This document shows, one piece after another, positions 19,050 to 34,741 of a stretch of DNA of 64,000 nt. A program made the translations under genes and the position numbers. Position 1 is the first letter of the stretch, and every line of letters begins with the position of its first letter. A model generated the notes under the pieces. The model did not search any database. It was not told the DNA's origin and saw only the letters and a list, made by a program, of their open reading frames with translations. The stretch spans positions 359,261 through 423,260 of the forward strand of contig JAWLHY010000007.1 of NCBI GenBank assembly GCA_041690135.1, in the 5' to 3' direction. The stretch is from Armatimonadota bacterium (GTDB lineage Bacteria > Armatimonadota > SYMT01).

Positions 19050-19806
19050 GTTTTAGTTAGTCCGCGAATTTAGCGAATGGTGCGAATTGGGATAGGGGTG
19101 TTCAGGCATTCAGCCCCCCCTGTGGGGGGGTAAACGTTCAGGCACTCAGGCATTCGGGTGGGCGATCTGCGAATTAGGCGAATGAAGCGAATTAGTAGAG
19201 GGAGTGTTCGGGTGGCAAACATCCAGGCAGTGCCCACGCTCGTCATTGCGAGGAGCGGTGTACCTGAAGCAACTTCTCAGCCCAGATCAGCACTTTGTCG
19301 AAGCACCTTCGCATTGTCCTGATCCTGTAAACGACGTGGCAAGCCCCCTGGTTAGGGCACTCGTCCTTACACGGAGGTCTTTATCCTCATCCTGATCCTA
19401 ATCCATCTCGTCCCCTGGTCAGGAAAGCTGTCGTAACACGGCACTTCTTATCCTTATCCTGGTCCTGATCCATCCGCCCCTCTCCCGCAGCGTGGCAGAG
19501 GTTTACGCCCCGAGGGGGTGCTTGCGCCCCGAGGGGGTGGGCTAGGGGTGAGGGCACTTTGGTCACCGGCCCCGTCCTGCACACGGGCTCCCCCTCTCTG
19601 CGTCGGAGAGGGGGTAGGGGGGTGAGGTTTTCGGGCTCATCGAACCCGCCCTGAAGCCTGCACCCAATCAATCCCCCTCTCCCACAGCGTGCGTGTGGCA
19701 GGGGTGAGGGCGGCCCACTGCCTGAACGTCCCCGCACAGGGGTGCCCGAACGTTTACCCCCCACAGGGGGGCCTGAACACCCCAACACCCAAGACCCAAC
19801 ACCCAA
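19050..19806. repeat. Intergenic mosaic of REP-like hairpins and short tandem repeats
   Basis: Inverted pair gggtgttcagg..cccccctgtgggggggtaaacgttc (19096-19146 vs 19741-19782), ccctctc..gagagggg..ggggtgagg elements at 19477-19712 and (aacaccc)n at 19776-19807. Confidence 0.7.
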
Positions 19807-19807
19807 C

Positions 19808-21038
19808 CTACACGTCCAGCAGGATCCTCGCCGGCGACTCCAGCACGTCCTTGATCCGCTTGAGGAAGGTCACGGCCTCGCGACCGTCCACGATCCGGTG
19901 ATCGTACGTCAGCGCGAGATACATCATTGGCCGGATCACGACCTGTCCGTCGCGGGCCACCGGGCGTTCCTGGATCGAGTGCATTCCCAGGATGCCGCTC
20001 TGCGGCGGGTTCACGATCGGGGTCGAGAGCAGCGAGCCGAAGATGCCCCCGTTGCTGATGGTGAACGTGCCGCCTTGCAGCTCTTCCAGCTTCAGCTTGC
20101 TCTCCTTGGCCCGCTTGCCGAAGTCTTCGATCGCCTTCTCGATCTCGGCGAAGCTCATCCGCTCCGCGTTCCGGATCACCGGCACCGCCAGGCCCTTCTC
20201 GCCGCTCACGGCCACGCCGATGTCGTAGTAGTTCTTGTAGAGGATCTGGTCGCCGCGGATCTCGGCATTCACCTGCGGGATCGCCTTCAGGGCTTCCACG
20301 GAGGCCTTCACGAAGAACGACATGAAGCCCAGCCGCACGCCGTGCTTCTTGGTGAAGGCGTCCTGGTACTCCTTCCGCAGCGCCATCACCGCGGTCATGT
20401 CCACTTCGTTGAAGGTGGTCAGCAGCGCCGCCGTCTGCTGGGCCTCCACCAGGCGCTCCGCAATCCGCCGGCGCATCGGCGTCATCGAGACCGCCTCTTC
20501 CTGGCGGTCGCCGTCCTGGGAGAGGGGCGCCGCGGGAAGCGACCGGGAAGGAGCCGCGGGGGCCGTGGGTTGTGCCGCGGGCGTCGCGGCCGGGGGACGG
20601 GCGCCCGAGCCTACATGCGCCTGCACGTCTTCCTTCAGGAGGCGTCCGCCGGGACCGCTGGCGGGGACCTGCTCCGCGGAAAGGCCGTGCTCGGCCAGCA
20701 GGCGCGCGGCGGCGGGCATCACGTGCGCGGGGGCCTGGCCCGCGGCTTCCGGCTGCTTCGCCTCGGCAGCGGGGGCGGCGGCCTCGGCCGGGGCGGCGGC
20801 TACTCCGGCCGCGCCCTCTTCCATGTAGCCGATCACCTCGCCGACCTCGGCGCTCTCCCCTTTGCGCTTGAGCACCTGCGTCACTGTTCCGGCCGCCGGA
20901 GCGGGCAGTTCCACCGTGATCTTATCCGTCTCGATCGAGACCAGTGATTCGTTCTTCTCTACGTGGGCGCCTTCCGCGACCAGCCACTCGCCGATCTCGA
21001 CCGTGGTGATCGATTCGCCCACCGCAGGGACTTTTAAT

Positions 21039-21049
<11 letters not shown>
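19808..21049 (-). CDS. sucB: 2-oxoglutarate dehydrogenase E2 (dihydrolipoamide succinyltransferase)
   Basis: Lipoyl domain ETDKITVE, subunit-binding [12 protein letters not shown] and catalytic [13 protein letters not shown]. Confidence 0.97.
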
Positions 21050-23981
<2,932 letters not shown>

Positions 23982-24103
23982 CGGTGTGATACTGCCCATT
24001 CCAGCGCCGGCTTGTGGGGGGCGGCGCTGCCCCACCTGTTAGTGTAAACGGAACCGCCCCCGCGCTCAAAGCTTTACCGGACAGGCGGTTCTCCAAAGCT
24101 GGG

Positions 24104-24694
24104 TTACCCCTCCGGGTCGTCCAGCAATCGCTCCAGCCGGTCCCACAGAGCCGGCACCAGTTTTTCACGCCAGGAAGCATCCATCAGGCCCACGTCGATC
24201 AGGTCCCGCAGTTGCATCCGGTCTATATCTTGAAAGGAAGCCAGATTCATTCTTACCAGCGGCGTCAGTTTCAGTAGCTGAAAGTCGCCGGTGCGTTCCG
24301 ATTCGGCTACCTGCGGCGCCGGAGCCTCATCCTCCGGTCGCACCCGTTTCCCCGCAAAAACAATGTGGATGGCATCCCGCGCGCTAGCATCGGCCCCTTC
24401 CAGGAACATGTCCACTCCCCGCGCGTGGCGGTAGTGAAAGCCGGCCTGCTCCAGGGCCGTCCGGGCGGCTTCAAAATCGGCGGGGTCCAGCAGCAAGTCC
24501 ACGTTGCGGGTGTTGCGGACCGCCGCCTCGTCCACCCGCGAAACCCACGCGGCCACGGCGTTCCCGCCGATCACGGCATAGGGCACGCCTGCCGCCTCCA
24601 AAGCCGTGGTGGCACGCATCAGCCGGTCGCGGACCTTCTCCACGGCCCTCGACATCCTTTCCCAGGAGACTTCTCCGATAACCGCCGTTGCCAT
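24104..24694 (-). CDS. Nucleotidyltransferase-superfamily protein (AbiEii/MNT-like), possibly degenerate
   Basis: YAVIGGNAVAAW...RNTRNVDLL, where DxD is replaced by NxD. Confidence 0.7.
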   Translation of the reverse strand: MATAVIGEVSWERMSRAVEKVRDRLMRATTALEAAGVPYAVIGGNAVAAWVSRVDEAAVRNTRNVDLLLDPADFEAARTALEQAGFHYRHARGVDMFLEGADASARDAIHIVFAGKRVRPEDEAPAPQVAESERTGDFQLLKLTPLVRMNLASFQDIDRMQLRDLIDVGLMDASWREKLVPALWDRLERLLDDPEG

Positions 24695-24928
24695 TCCAAC
24701 CTCTATTGTGTACCGCCGCGTACCGGCCTGACCACCCTGTCTGTTTGAGACTTTGAGCTATCCACCCTCTTGGCGCTCTTGCTGTCTTGACGGTGAGATG
24801 GGTTGCGGCTTCGCCGCGCTGTGATACCAATACGGGAGCCACACGCTCGCATCCGGCGGAGGCGCCTCGCCCCGGGGCCGGTGCGAATCGCGTGTCCCCC
24901 GTTGTATAACGAGAAATCAGGATCGAAG

Positions 24929-27805
<2,877 letters not shown>

Positions 27806-27834
27806 CCCTCCGGCCCCAATTGGCATAACGGCCC

Positions 27835-27869
27835 AGGAGGCCGCCCGGCATCACGCCGGGCGGCCTCCT
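27835..27869 (+). terminator. Terminator-like hairpin after acnA
   Basis: Perfect 15-bp stem aggaggccgcccggc / gccgggcggcctcct with a 5-nt loop. No clear U-tract. Confidence 0.6.
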
Positions 27870-28160
27870 CGCTTCGAGTACCGGCAGATGTAGGTTTACC
27901 CCGGATACCCACGTGTGGGTGTGGTGGCAAGCTCTCCGATGCCTGCCTCGTCCTGGGCTTGTACGTGCCTTGCCGTGTGAGCCTCCGACACCCAGCGTAT
28001 GGGAACCCGCGAGGCCAATGACCTACTCGGGTTTGGTATCCGGGCAGTGGGTCGGCGCCTTGTCCCAGGCCACACGTCCACCTTCACCCCATGTTTTTCC
28101 ATACAAGACCCGCGGGAATGAACCGGCGGAGCTAGGTGTAGCGAGAAGGCGGAGGATGGA

Positions 28161-28874
28161 ATGCGGGAAGTAGTCTCCAGGGTATTTGCAGGAGCGGACG
28201 AAGCGAAACGGGCCGTGGACGCGCTGCTGGCGGCGGGCGTGCCGTCCGGGGCGATCGCGGTGGTGAGCCAGGAGTTGATCACCGAGCCCGGCGGGGTCGC
28301 GGGTGGCGAGGCGGCCGTGGGAGCCGGCAAGGGTGCGGTGACGGGGCTCGGAGTGGGCGCGGGAGCGGGCGCGCTCTTCGGCTTGGCGGCGCTGGCGATC
28401 CCGGGCGCGGCGCCGTTCCTGGCCGCGGGAGCACTCGTGGACCTGCTCGGCGTCATCGGCGGGGCGGCCGCCACCGGCGCCGTGGTGGGGGGAACGGGCG
28501 GCGCGTTGGCCGGACTGTTCCACCAGTGGGGCGTGGATGAGGCGGAAGCCCGGCGGTACGAGTCGGAAGTAGCAGAGGGCGGCGTGTTCGTGGGGGTGGA
28601 TGTCTCCGATCCCCAGGTGAGCCGCGCCGCGGTAGTGGCGATCCTCCACGGAGAACCGGCTCGGGATGCCTCTAGCGAGCGTACACCATCTTCCTGGGAA
28701 ACGGACGGCGGGAGGACCCTGATTGTCGCGTCTCCACGCGGGGAAACCCCGGGTGGGGCGGAAGACCCCGATCATACCTACGCCGATTCCCCGGCGGCCC
28801 CGCCCCGAGACTTCTCCGAGGAAGTTATTCTTTCCGATGAGGCGGCGAAAAGCGAGCTGGGTCGCGCTGCGTAA
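28161..28874 (+). CDS. General stress protein-like membrane protein (glycine-zipper)
   Basis: VSRVF..ADEAKRAVDAL...GAVTGLGVGAGAGALFGLAALAIPG...GVDEAEARRYE. GGAGG RBS. Confidence 0.75.
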   Translation: MREVVSRVFAGADEAKRAVDALLAAGVPSGAIAVVSQELITEPGGVAGGEAAVGAGKGAVTGLGVGAGAGALFGLAALAIPGAAPFLAAGALVDLLGVIGGAAATGAVVGGTGGALAGLFHQWGVDEAEARRYESEVAEGGVFVGVDVSDPQVSRAAVVAILHGEPARDASSERTPSSWETDGGRTLIVASPRGETPGGAEDPDHTYADSPAAPPRDFSEEVILSDEAAKSELGRAA

Positions 28875-29336
28875 GCGAGTTGGTTTGCTCAGGGGGGCGG
28901 GCGGAGGCGTTCTGCGGTTCCGCCCGCGATCCCGGTGTGACGAACGGGCCTGTGCGGATTGCTCCGGTTGGCACAGGCGCCTTCTTTACGAGCGGATTAC
29001 CGCGGAGGGTTCTCGTTGGAGGCATCGCGTCGTTCGTCAACGCTCTTCCACTGGCCGGAGACCAGGATGCCGCTGTAGGTGCGGGTGTCATCGCAAGACG
29101 ATTCCGTGCAGCGGTTCACAGGCTGCCGGCACCATGAACAACATTCCTCTACACGTAGACCGTTCCGTGCCATTCTGACCTCCATTTTCATGAGACTTGA
29201 TTAACGAATGGGTATCCACGATCGGTCGCACTTCCGGTGAAAAGAGCGACGAGGGGGGCATCGCGCGCCGGGGGACCGATCAGGGCTAAGTCTATTAAAC
29301 CCAGGCTCCCGCGAGAGCAAACCTGGAATCAGAAGG

Positions 29337-29735
29337 TTATCGGTCCTCCGATTCACCCACCTGGGTCATGGCGTAACCCATCAGGTTAAGTGGGTCGAGG
29401 TGGGTGAGACCCCGGTCCAGGGCGGCCCGGATCGCCCGCAGGCTCGCGCGGATACGCGGCGGGGTGTAGGTCAATTGGCGGAATTCCTCCCGGTCGTGGC
29501 ACCAGGCGACCACCTGGGCCAGGTCCCTTACCGGAAGGTGCGCCGTGGCAATCCCCTGCCCGGCGCGGATGCGGACCGTCCAGGTCCTGTCGCCGGGATC
29601 CGCCTCCGGAGCGGCCACCACCGGGCTGTACTCACCGATCGGGATCCAGGGAAAGGTGGTTGCCAGCTGCCATTCCGTCACCCAGGCGACGTCGTCGGGG
29701 TCCAGGTCCGTCCATTCTTCGCGTCGGAGTCGCAT
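29337..29735 (-). CDS. Hypothetical protein
   Basis: GGAGG RBS before the ATG. Follows the ABC operon on the same strand. Confidence 0.55.
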   Translation of the reverse strand: MRLRREEWTDLDPDDVAWVTEWQLATTFPWIPIGEYSPVVAAPEADPGDRTWTVRIRAGQGIATAHLPVRDLAQVVAWCHDREEFRQLTYTPPRIRASLRAIRAALDRGLTHLDPLNLMGYAMTQVGESEDR

Positions 29736-29807
29736 GCCAGGTCCTCCACCGGTAAACACCACCGGCGGCTTAGCCTGTTCCCGGATCGGACGAGATCCAA
29801 ACGCGAC

Positions 29808-30608
29808 TCAACTACCCGTAGAGCGGTAGTGGCGGACGCCGAATTGCCAGACGTGGAGAGAAACTCCGAGAAAGAGAAGGCCCACCAGGGGTGAGAGCCA
29901 CTGGAAGAGGGAAGAGGAGCCCAGGGGATCGGCGCGGCCCAGGAGGGCGTGGGCGGGGAAGTAGTTGGCGCAGGCGAGTGGGACCAGGTAAGTGAAGACG
30001 CCCCGCAGCCAGGGACGGTAGATGGAGAGGGGATAGGACCCGGTCTCCACCCCTCCATAGGTGACGGTGTTCACCACCTCCAGGGACTGCACGGACCAGA
30101 ACGCGAGGGTGGCTTGCAGGATGAAGAGACCATAGAAAGTGCAGGCACCTCCCAGGATCGCCCCGGCCGCGAGCCCCACGCGGGCCGGGGTCCACGCAAT
30201 GTCCAGGGCCGACGCGCTCCATAGAAGTACCAGCAAGCCCTGGGTCAAGCGACCGATCCGCCCGATTTGCCATTCCTGGGCGGCGACTTGAAAGGCGGTG
30301 CCACGGGGACGAAGCAGGAGCCGGTCGAATTCGCCGCCGCGGACCTGGTCCGCGAAGACGTCGAACCCGCGCCCGGCGCCTTCCGCCAGGCTGAACGCAA
30401 CATGGATGAGCCCATAGAGGAGGCCGACTTCGGGTAGGGTCCAGCCGCGGAGCGTGCCGAACCGGTCGAACATGGCCCAGACTGCCACGAACTCCGTGCC
30501 GGTGATGAGGAACTGTGAGATCGCCAGCATCCAGAAGGAAGCCCGGTGCTGCATCTGGGCGCGGACGGAGATGCCGACGTAGCGGAAATAGAGGCGCAGT
30601 GTATCCAC
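29808..30608 (-). CDS. ABC-2 family transporter permease (DUF990-like)
   Basis: Multi-TM protein with GEFDRLLLRP and YPLSIY. Confidence 0.88.
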   Translation of the reverse strand: MDTLRLYFRYVGISVRAQMQHRASFWMLAISQFLITGTEFVAVWAMFDRFGTLRGWTLPEVGLLYGLIHVAFSLAEGAGRGFDVFADQVRGGEFDRLLLRPRGTAFQVAAQEWQIGRIGRLTQGLLVLLWSASALDIAWTPARVGLAAGAILGGACTFYGLFILQATLAFWSVQSLEVVNTVTYGGVETGSYPLSIYRPWLRGVFTYLVPLACANYFPAHALLGRADPLGSSSLFQWLSPLVGLLFLGVSLHVWQFGVRHYRSTGS

Positions 30609-30612
30609 CGGG

Positions 30613-31419
30613 TCAGCCTCCCTGCACCACCATTGCGCGCAGCCCGCGGACGAGCACCCGGCGGCCGAGCCAGACGAGGGCGGCCGTCCACAGGAGTTGA
30701 TGGAGGAGGACTCCTATTAGCTCCTGCGCTGGGATGTGCCCGATGTAGACGCGGAACGGAAGGTCCGCCAGGCCTCGAAACGGAAGGGCCTGCAGTACGG
30801 GCTGCGCCCACTCCGGAAAGAGCGGCAGCGGGAGGAGAATGCCGGAAAAGATCATGGAGGCGGCCGGCATCAGCCGGGAGATGCCTTCCCCAGAGACGGT
30901 CCAGAGCAGCGAGAGAAGCACAAGGGTGGAGATCGCGCTACTCAGCGCCACCGCTGTCGCCGTGCACAGGAGTGAGCCAAGTGCCGCTGCGGGAGAAGCG
31001 GGCGGCCGTAATCCGAGGAACAGCCCCGCCACCAGGAGCATGGGCACGGCCCGCAGCAGCATCGGCGCGGTGCGCTGGGCGACCGTGCGGGTGAACCAGA
31101 GCCAGTAGAGATCGACCGGCCGGAGGAGTTCATAGGCGACGGTCCCGGTGCGGACCATGTTCCGGACGTCCGGGTCCACGCCCCACGGCTGGAGCATCAG
31201 CATCGCCTGGGTGAGCCAGATGTAATCAATGACCTCGGGCAGGCTCATCGGTTGGTGCGCGGCGGACCCGCTCTGGTAAAAGGCCGTGAAGATCGCGACG
31301 CGGATCAGGCCCCAGAAGAGCTGCGTCGCGAAACCGGCGGCGGCCGCGGCCCGGTACTGAAGCAGCGTCCGAAATCGAGCCTCCAGCACGGCGCCATAGG
31401 CGGAAAGCGGCGTCTTCAT
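30613..31419 (-). CDS. ABC-2 family transporter permease
   Basis: QYRAAA, VRTGTVAYELLRPVDLY and LPLPLFP.W. Confidence 0.88.
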   Translation of the reverse strand: MKTPLSAYGAVLEARFRTLLQYRAAAAAGFATQLFWGLIRVAIFTAFYQSGSAAHQPMSLPEVIDYIWLTQAMLMLQPWGVDPDVRNMVRTGTVAYELLRPVDLYWLWFTRTVAQRTAPMLLRAVPMLLVAGLFLGLRPPASPAAALGSLLCTATAVALSSAISTLVLLSLLWTVSGEGISRLMPAASMIFSGILLPLPLFPEWAQPVLQALPFRGLADLPFRVYIGHIPAQELIGVLLHQLLWTAALVWLGRRVLVRGLRAMVVQGG

Positions 31420-32408
31420 CCGGGTGCGTTTCCGTACAACCGCGCGATGATCTCCTCGATCGGCGGATTTTGCACGAAGAGATCCCGGACCCGATACCGT
31501 CCGGCGATCCTGGCGATCAGGGCGGCGGGCGCCACGACGCCGGGGTCGAAGCGGAGGCGCACCCGGAGACCATCATGCGAGATGACCTCTGCCTCCGGAT
31601 CATCCAGTTGTCGCGCCTCCTCTTCGGATCCTTCCAGGTCCACGGTCAACCACCGCTCGCGCGTGACCTGCGCGCGCAACTCGGCGAGCGTCCCGTCCAG
31701 CAAGAGGTTCCCCCCGCCGATGACCAGCACCCGGTTGCACAGCGCCTCGATGTCGTCCATATCGTGCGTGGTGAGGATCACGGTGACCTTGCGGTCCCGG
31801 TTAAGCCCCGCCACGAAGTCCCGCACCGCCAGCTTGGAGACGGCGTCCAGCCCGATGGTGGGCTCGTCCAGGAATAGGATGGATGGAGAGTGGAGCAGCG
31901 CGGCGGCGAGGTCACAGCGCATCCGCTGCCCCAGGCTGAGTTGCCGGACCGGGGTGTCCAGGAAGGGGGAGAGCGCCAATCGCTCGATCAACTCGTCGCG
32001 GACGGCCCGGTACTCCTGGAGCGGCACGCCGTAGATCTCCCGGAGCAGGTCGAACGACTCGATCGCCGGCAGGTCCCACCAGAGCTGCGTGCGCTGCCCG
32101 AATACCACTCCAATGCGGCGCACGTGCTCGATTCGGTCCTTCCACGGCACCCGCCCCTCCACTTCGCAGCGCCCGCCATCCGGATAGAGGATGCCGGAGA
32201 GGACCTTGACCGTCGTCGACTTCCCCGCCCCGTTAGGCCCGATGTAGCCGACCAGTTCCCCCGCTTCCAGGCTGAAAGAAACCCCGTCCAGCGCGCAAAG
32301 CGTGCGGTGCTTCCGCCGCACCAGCCCCCGCACGGCGCCCCACATGCCGGGCTCGCGCTCGGCGATGGAGAAGGTTTTCCGGAGGTCTTGGACCAGGATC
32401 TGAGGCAT
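31416..32408 (-). CDS. ABC transporter ATP-binding protein
   Basis: GPNGAGKST, LSLGQRMR, FLDEPTIGLD and TTHDMDD. Confidence 0.95.
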   Translation of the reverse strand: MPQILVQDLRKTFSIAEREPGMWGAVRGLVRRKHRTLCALDGVSFSLEAGELVGYIGPNGAGKSTTVKVLSGILYPDGGRCEVEGRVPWKDRIEHVRRIGVVFGQRTQLWWDLPAIESFDLLREIYGVPLQEYRAVRDELIERLALSPFLDTPVRQLSLGQRMRCDLAAALLHSPSILFLDEPTIGLDAVSKLAVRDFVAGLNRDRKVTVILTTHDMDDIEALCNRVLVIGGGNLLLDGTLAELRAQVTRERWLTVDLEGSEEEARQLDDPEAEVISHDGLRVRLRFDPGVVAPAALIARIAGRYRVRDLFVQNPPIEEIIARLYGNAPG

Positions 32409-32717
32409 AAGGCTACCGCCGTTTAACGCAAAGGCCGCAAAGGTGAAAAGGGGACCACACAGGTGTCCCCGGACTGGTAGAGATCGTCATTGCGAGAAGC
32501 GAGAGATCCGCACCAACATCCCCGGATCGGATGAGCATGGGGTCGCAGCATTCAGCCTCAGGAACCAGCACCAGTGAGCGACGTGGCAATTTCCCTGGTC
32601 GGGGAAATCGGCCTTACACGCACCGGCAGTCCTCTGTTCAGGGAACCTGAACTCCCAACGCTTGAACATCCAAATACCCAAACATCTGACGGCCTGAATG
32701 CCTGTTGGCCTGAACTC

Positions 32718-33968
32718 CTAACGCCCGGTACCTGTTAGCGCCAGCCCGCTCACGATGCTGGTGAACAGGTCCTGGCGGAGGGGGACCCGCTCCTCGCCGA
32801 AGAGGTCGCGCAGTAGCTCTTGCACGCAGATGAGCGCGGAGGAGCCACCTGCCAGCAACACCCGGTCGACGTGGTGGGTCTGCATGCCGCCCTGGGCTAG
32901 GGTGTCGTGGATCAGCTTGCGAATGGTCTCGAGCTGGGTGCGGAAGATGTCCCGGAGGTCGGCGCGCGAGAGCGGTTCCACGATCTCCACCCCGTCGCCG
33001 GAAAATCGGATCTCCGTCTCTTCCACCTCCGAAAGGCGCATCTTGGCGACTTCGATGGCCGAGAACAGGTCGGGTCCCCGGCGCTTCGACACCACGGTGT
33101 AGAAGTCGCGGAGCTCCGGAGAAGTGGTCCCCAACGCGTTGCTGGCATTGAGAATCTCGCGGACCAGGCGCGTGTACTCGACGTCGGTGACGCGCCAGGC
33201 GGCGTCGGGATTGATGAGCCGGGTAAAGATGTGCCGCGGCAGGTCGAGGCCGCGGCCCCACTTCTTGCCTTCGCCCAGGTGGCGGAGCAGGCGCTTCTCG
33301 AAGAGCACCTGGTCGAGGTAGCTGCCGCCGATGGATGCGCCGCCCGTCGCGAGCACGTCGTAGCTGCCCCGCCCGAAGCGGGCCAGGCAGAGGTCGAGGG
33401 TGCCGCCGCCGAAATCGAAGACCAGCACGGTAGCGTCCGACACCTCCGGTTCCGTCTGGAAGTAGTAGCGGGTCGCGGCCTCCGGTTCGGTGAGGAACGA
33501 AACTTCCTGGAAACCGGCTTGAAGCGCGCCGTCTCGCAGCATCTCCTCCGCCTGCTCGTCGACAGCGGAGACCGTGGAGAAGTGGACCGGTCTTCCCAGC
33601 GTCACCTGCGTGACCTCGGTCTGCAGCTCCGCCTCCACGTGGCTCTTCACTTCACCCAGCACGAGCGCGATCAGATCGGGCAGGTGGTAGCGTTCCTGGA
33701 AGATCCGAAAAATCTCTTCCGGCCCGTACTCCGGGAGCGCCCACTTCAGCCCCCGGATGAAACGGCCGTCCGGGTCGGCCTGGTAGGCGTGCGTGGCGGC
33801 GCGACCGATCTTCCGCCATCCGTAGCGGCTGAAGTAGAGCAGCGTCGGCAGCAGGTGCGGGTCCACGTTCACCGGGTCGATCTTGCAGACGCGCGCTCCG
33901 TCGGTAGTGCGGACCGCCGCCAGGGTGTTGCTTGTGCCGAAGTCGATTCCAACCGAAGTCCCGTCCAA
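32718..33968 (-). CDS. Hsp70-family protein (YegD-like)
   Basis: GIDFGTSNT, GRPVHFS, TEPEAA, FDFGGGTLD and LAGGSS. No substrate-binding domain. Confidence 0.88.
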   Translation of the reverse strand: MDGTSVGIDFGTSNTLAAVRTTDGARVCKIDPVNVDPHLLPTLLYFSRYGWRKIGRAATHAYQADPDGRFIRGLKWALPEYGPEEIFRIFQERYHLPDLIALVLGEVKSHVEAELQTEVTQVTLGRPVHFSTVSAVDEQAEEMLRDGALQAGFQEVSFLTEPEAATRYYFQTEPEVSDATVLVFDFGGGTLDLCLARFGRGSYDVLATGGASIGGSYLDQVLFEKRLLRHLGEGKKWGRGLDLPRHIFTRLINPDAAWRVTDVEYTRLVREILNASNALGTTSPELRDFYTVVSKRRGPDLFSAIEVAKMRLSEVEETEIRFSGDGVEIVEPLSRADLRDIFRTQLETIRKLIHDTLAQGGMQTHHVDRVLLAGGSSALICVQELLRDLFGEERVPLRQDLFTSIVSGLALTGTGR

Positions 33969-34097
33969 AACCAGAGTCCTCTCGTAACCTATCGCTGCCC
34001 CTTTCGGGACAGTCCCTCTACCGGACGCGCCATGCTAACATGGGATGCGCGCTGCGCACTTGCGGAAGTGCGACGTTTGAAGTGCGAGGTGCGAATC

Positions 34098-34610
34098 GTG
34101 GAGCGTCCCCGCCTGGATTTCGCCCGCGCGATGGCGCGGAAGTATCTCAAGAAGCACCGGGTGATGTCACCCCCCGTGCCGGTGGAGCTGATCCTAGTGC
34201 AGGAAGAGATCCAGGTGCGGCTGGTGGATTACCCGGACGACACCGCCGGGGAGTCGTGGTGGGAGGAGCAGGTCGGGCACGTTGCCGTGAGCCGGAAACT
34301 TCCGCACGGGCGCCTGCGGTTCACCCTGGCCCACGAGTTGGGACACCTGGTACTGGGGCACCACCAGCGGCGCTTCGAGGGGGACGTCCTGGCGCGGCAG
34401 CCGATCCGCGAGATGGACGTTGTGGTCTGGGAGCCGCCGGACCCGCTGGAGGTGGAAGCGAACCACTTCGCCGCCGAGCTCCTGTTGCCCCTCGCCCTGT
34501 TCCTGCCGGACTGGCAGCGCACCCGCGATCCCCGCCGCCTGGCGGCCCGATATGAGGTGAGCCAGGAAGCCGTGTGGTGGCGGATCAACCGGTTCCTCAA
34601 AGCGGATTGA
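34098..34610 (+). CDS. ImmA/IrrE-family Zn metallopeptidase
   Basis: PPVPVELI...RLRFTLAHELGHLVLGH (HExxH)...EVEANHFAAELLLP...LAARYEVSQEA. It is hidden at the end of the track's spurious 32907..34610 ORF. GAGGTG RBS precedes GTG 34098. Confidence 0.9.
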   Translation: MERPRLDFARAMARKYLKKHRVMSPPVPVELILVQEEIQVRLVDYPDDTAGESWWEEQVGHVAVSRKLPHGRLRFTLAHELGHLVLGHHQRRFEGDVLARQPIREMDVVVWEPPDPLEVEANHFAAELLLPLALFLPDWQRTRDPRRLAARYEVSQEAVWWRINRFLKAD

Positions 34611-34741
34611 GACTGGGGGAGCCGCAGATTTCACAGATTTGGAAGAGAGGGGATGGAGGCGTTGAATCCACAGATGGCGAAGAGGCTCCGCGACGGGATT
34701 TGTCCACAGATGGCGCAGATTGGAAAGATAGCAATCCGTAG

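Noticed and set aside
16984-19806. Possible CRISPR array among the repeats
   Set aside because: The units are 7-9 nt tandem or palindromic, with no constant 25-40-nt repeats separated by unique spacers and no cas genes.
28880-29330. Several short overlapping ORFs downstream of the stress protein
   Set aside because: None has a convincing start context or family signature.
32907-34097. Apparent long N-terminal extension of the ImmA/IrrE peptidase (567-aa ORF)
   Set aside because: It is the antisense shadow of the Hsp70-like gene. An RBS and start at 34098 give a normal-sized peptidase.
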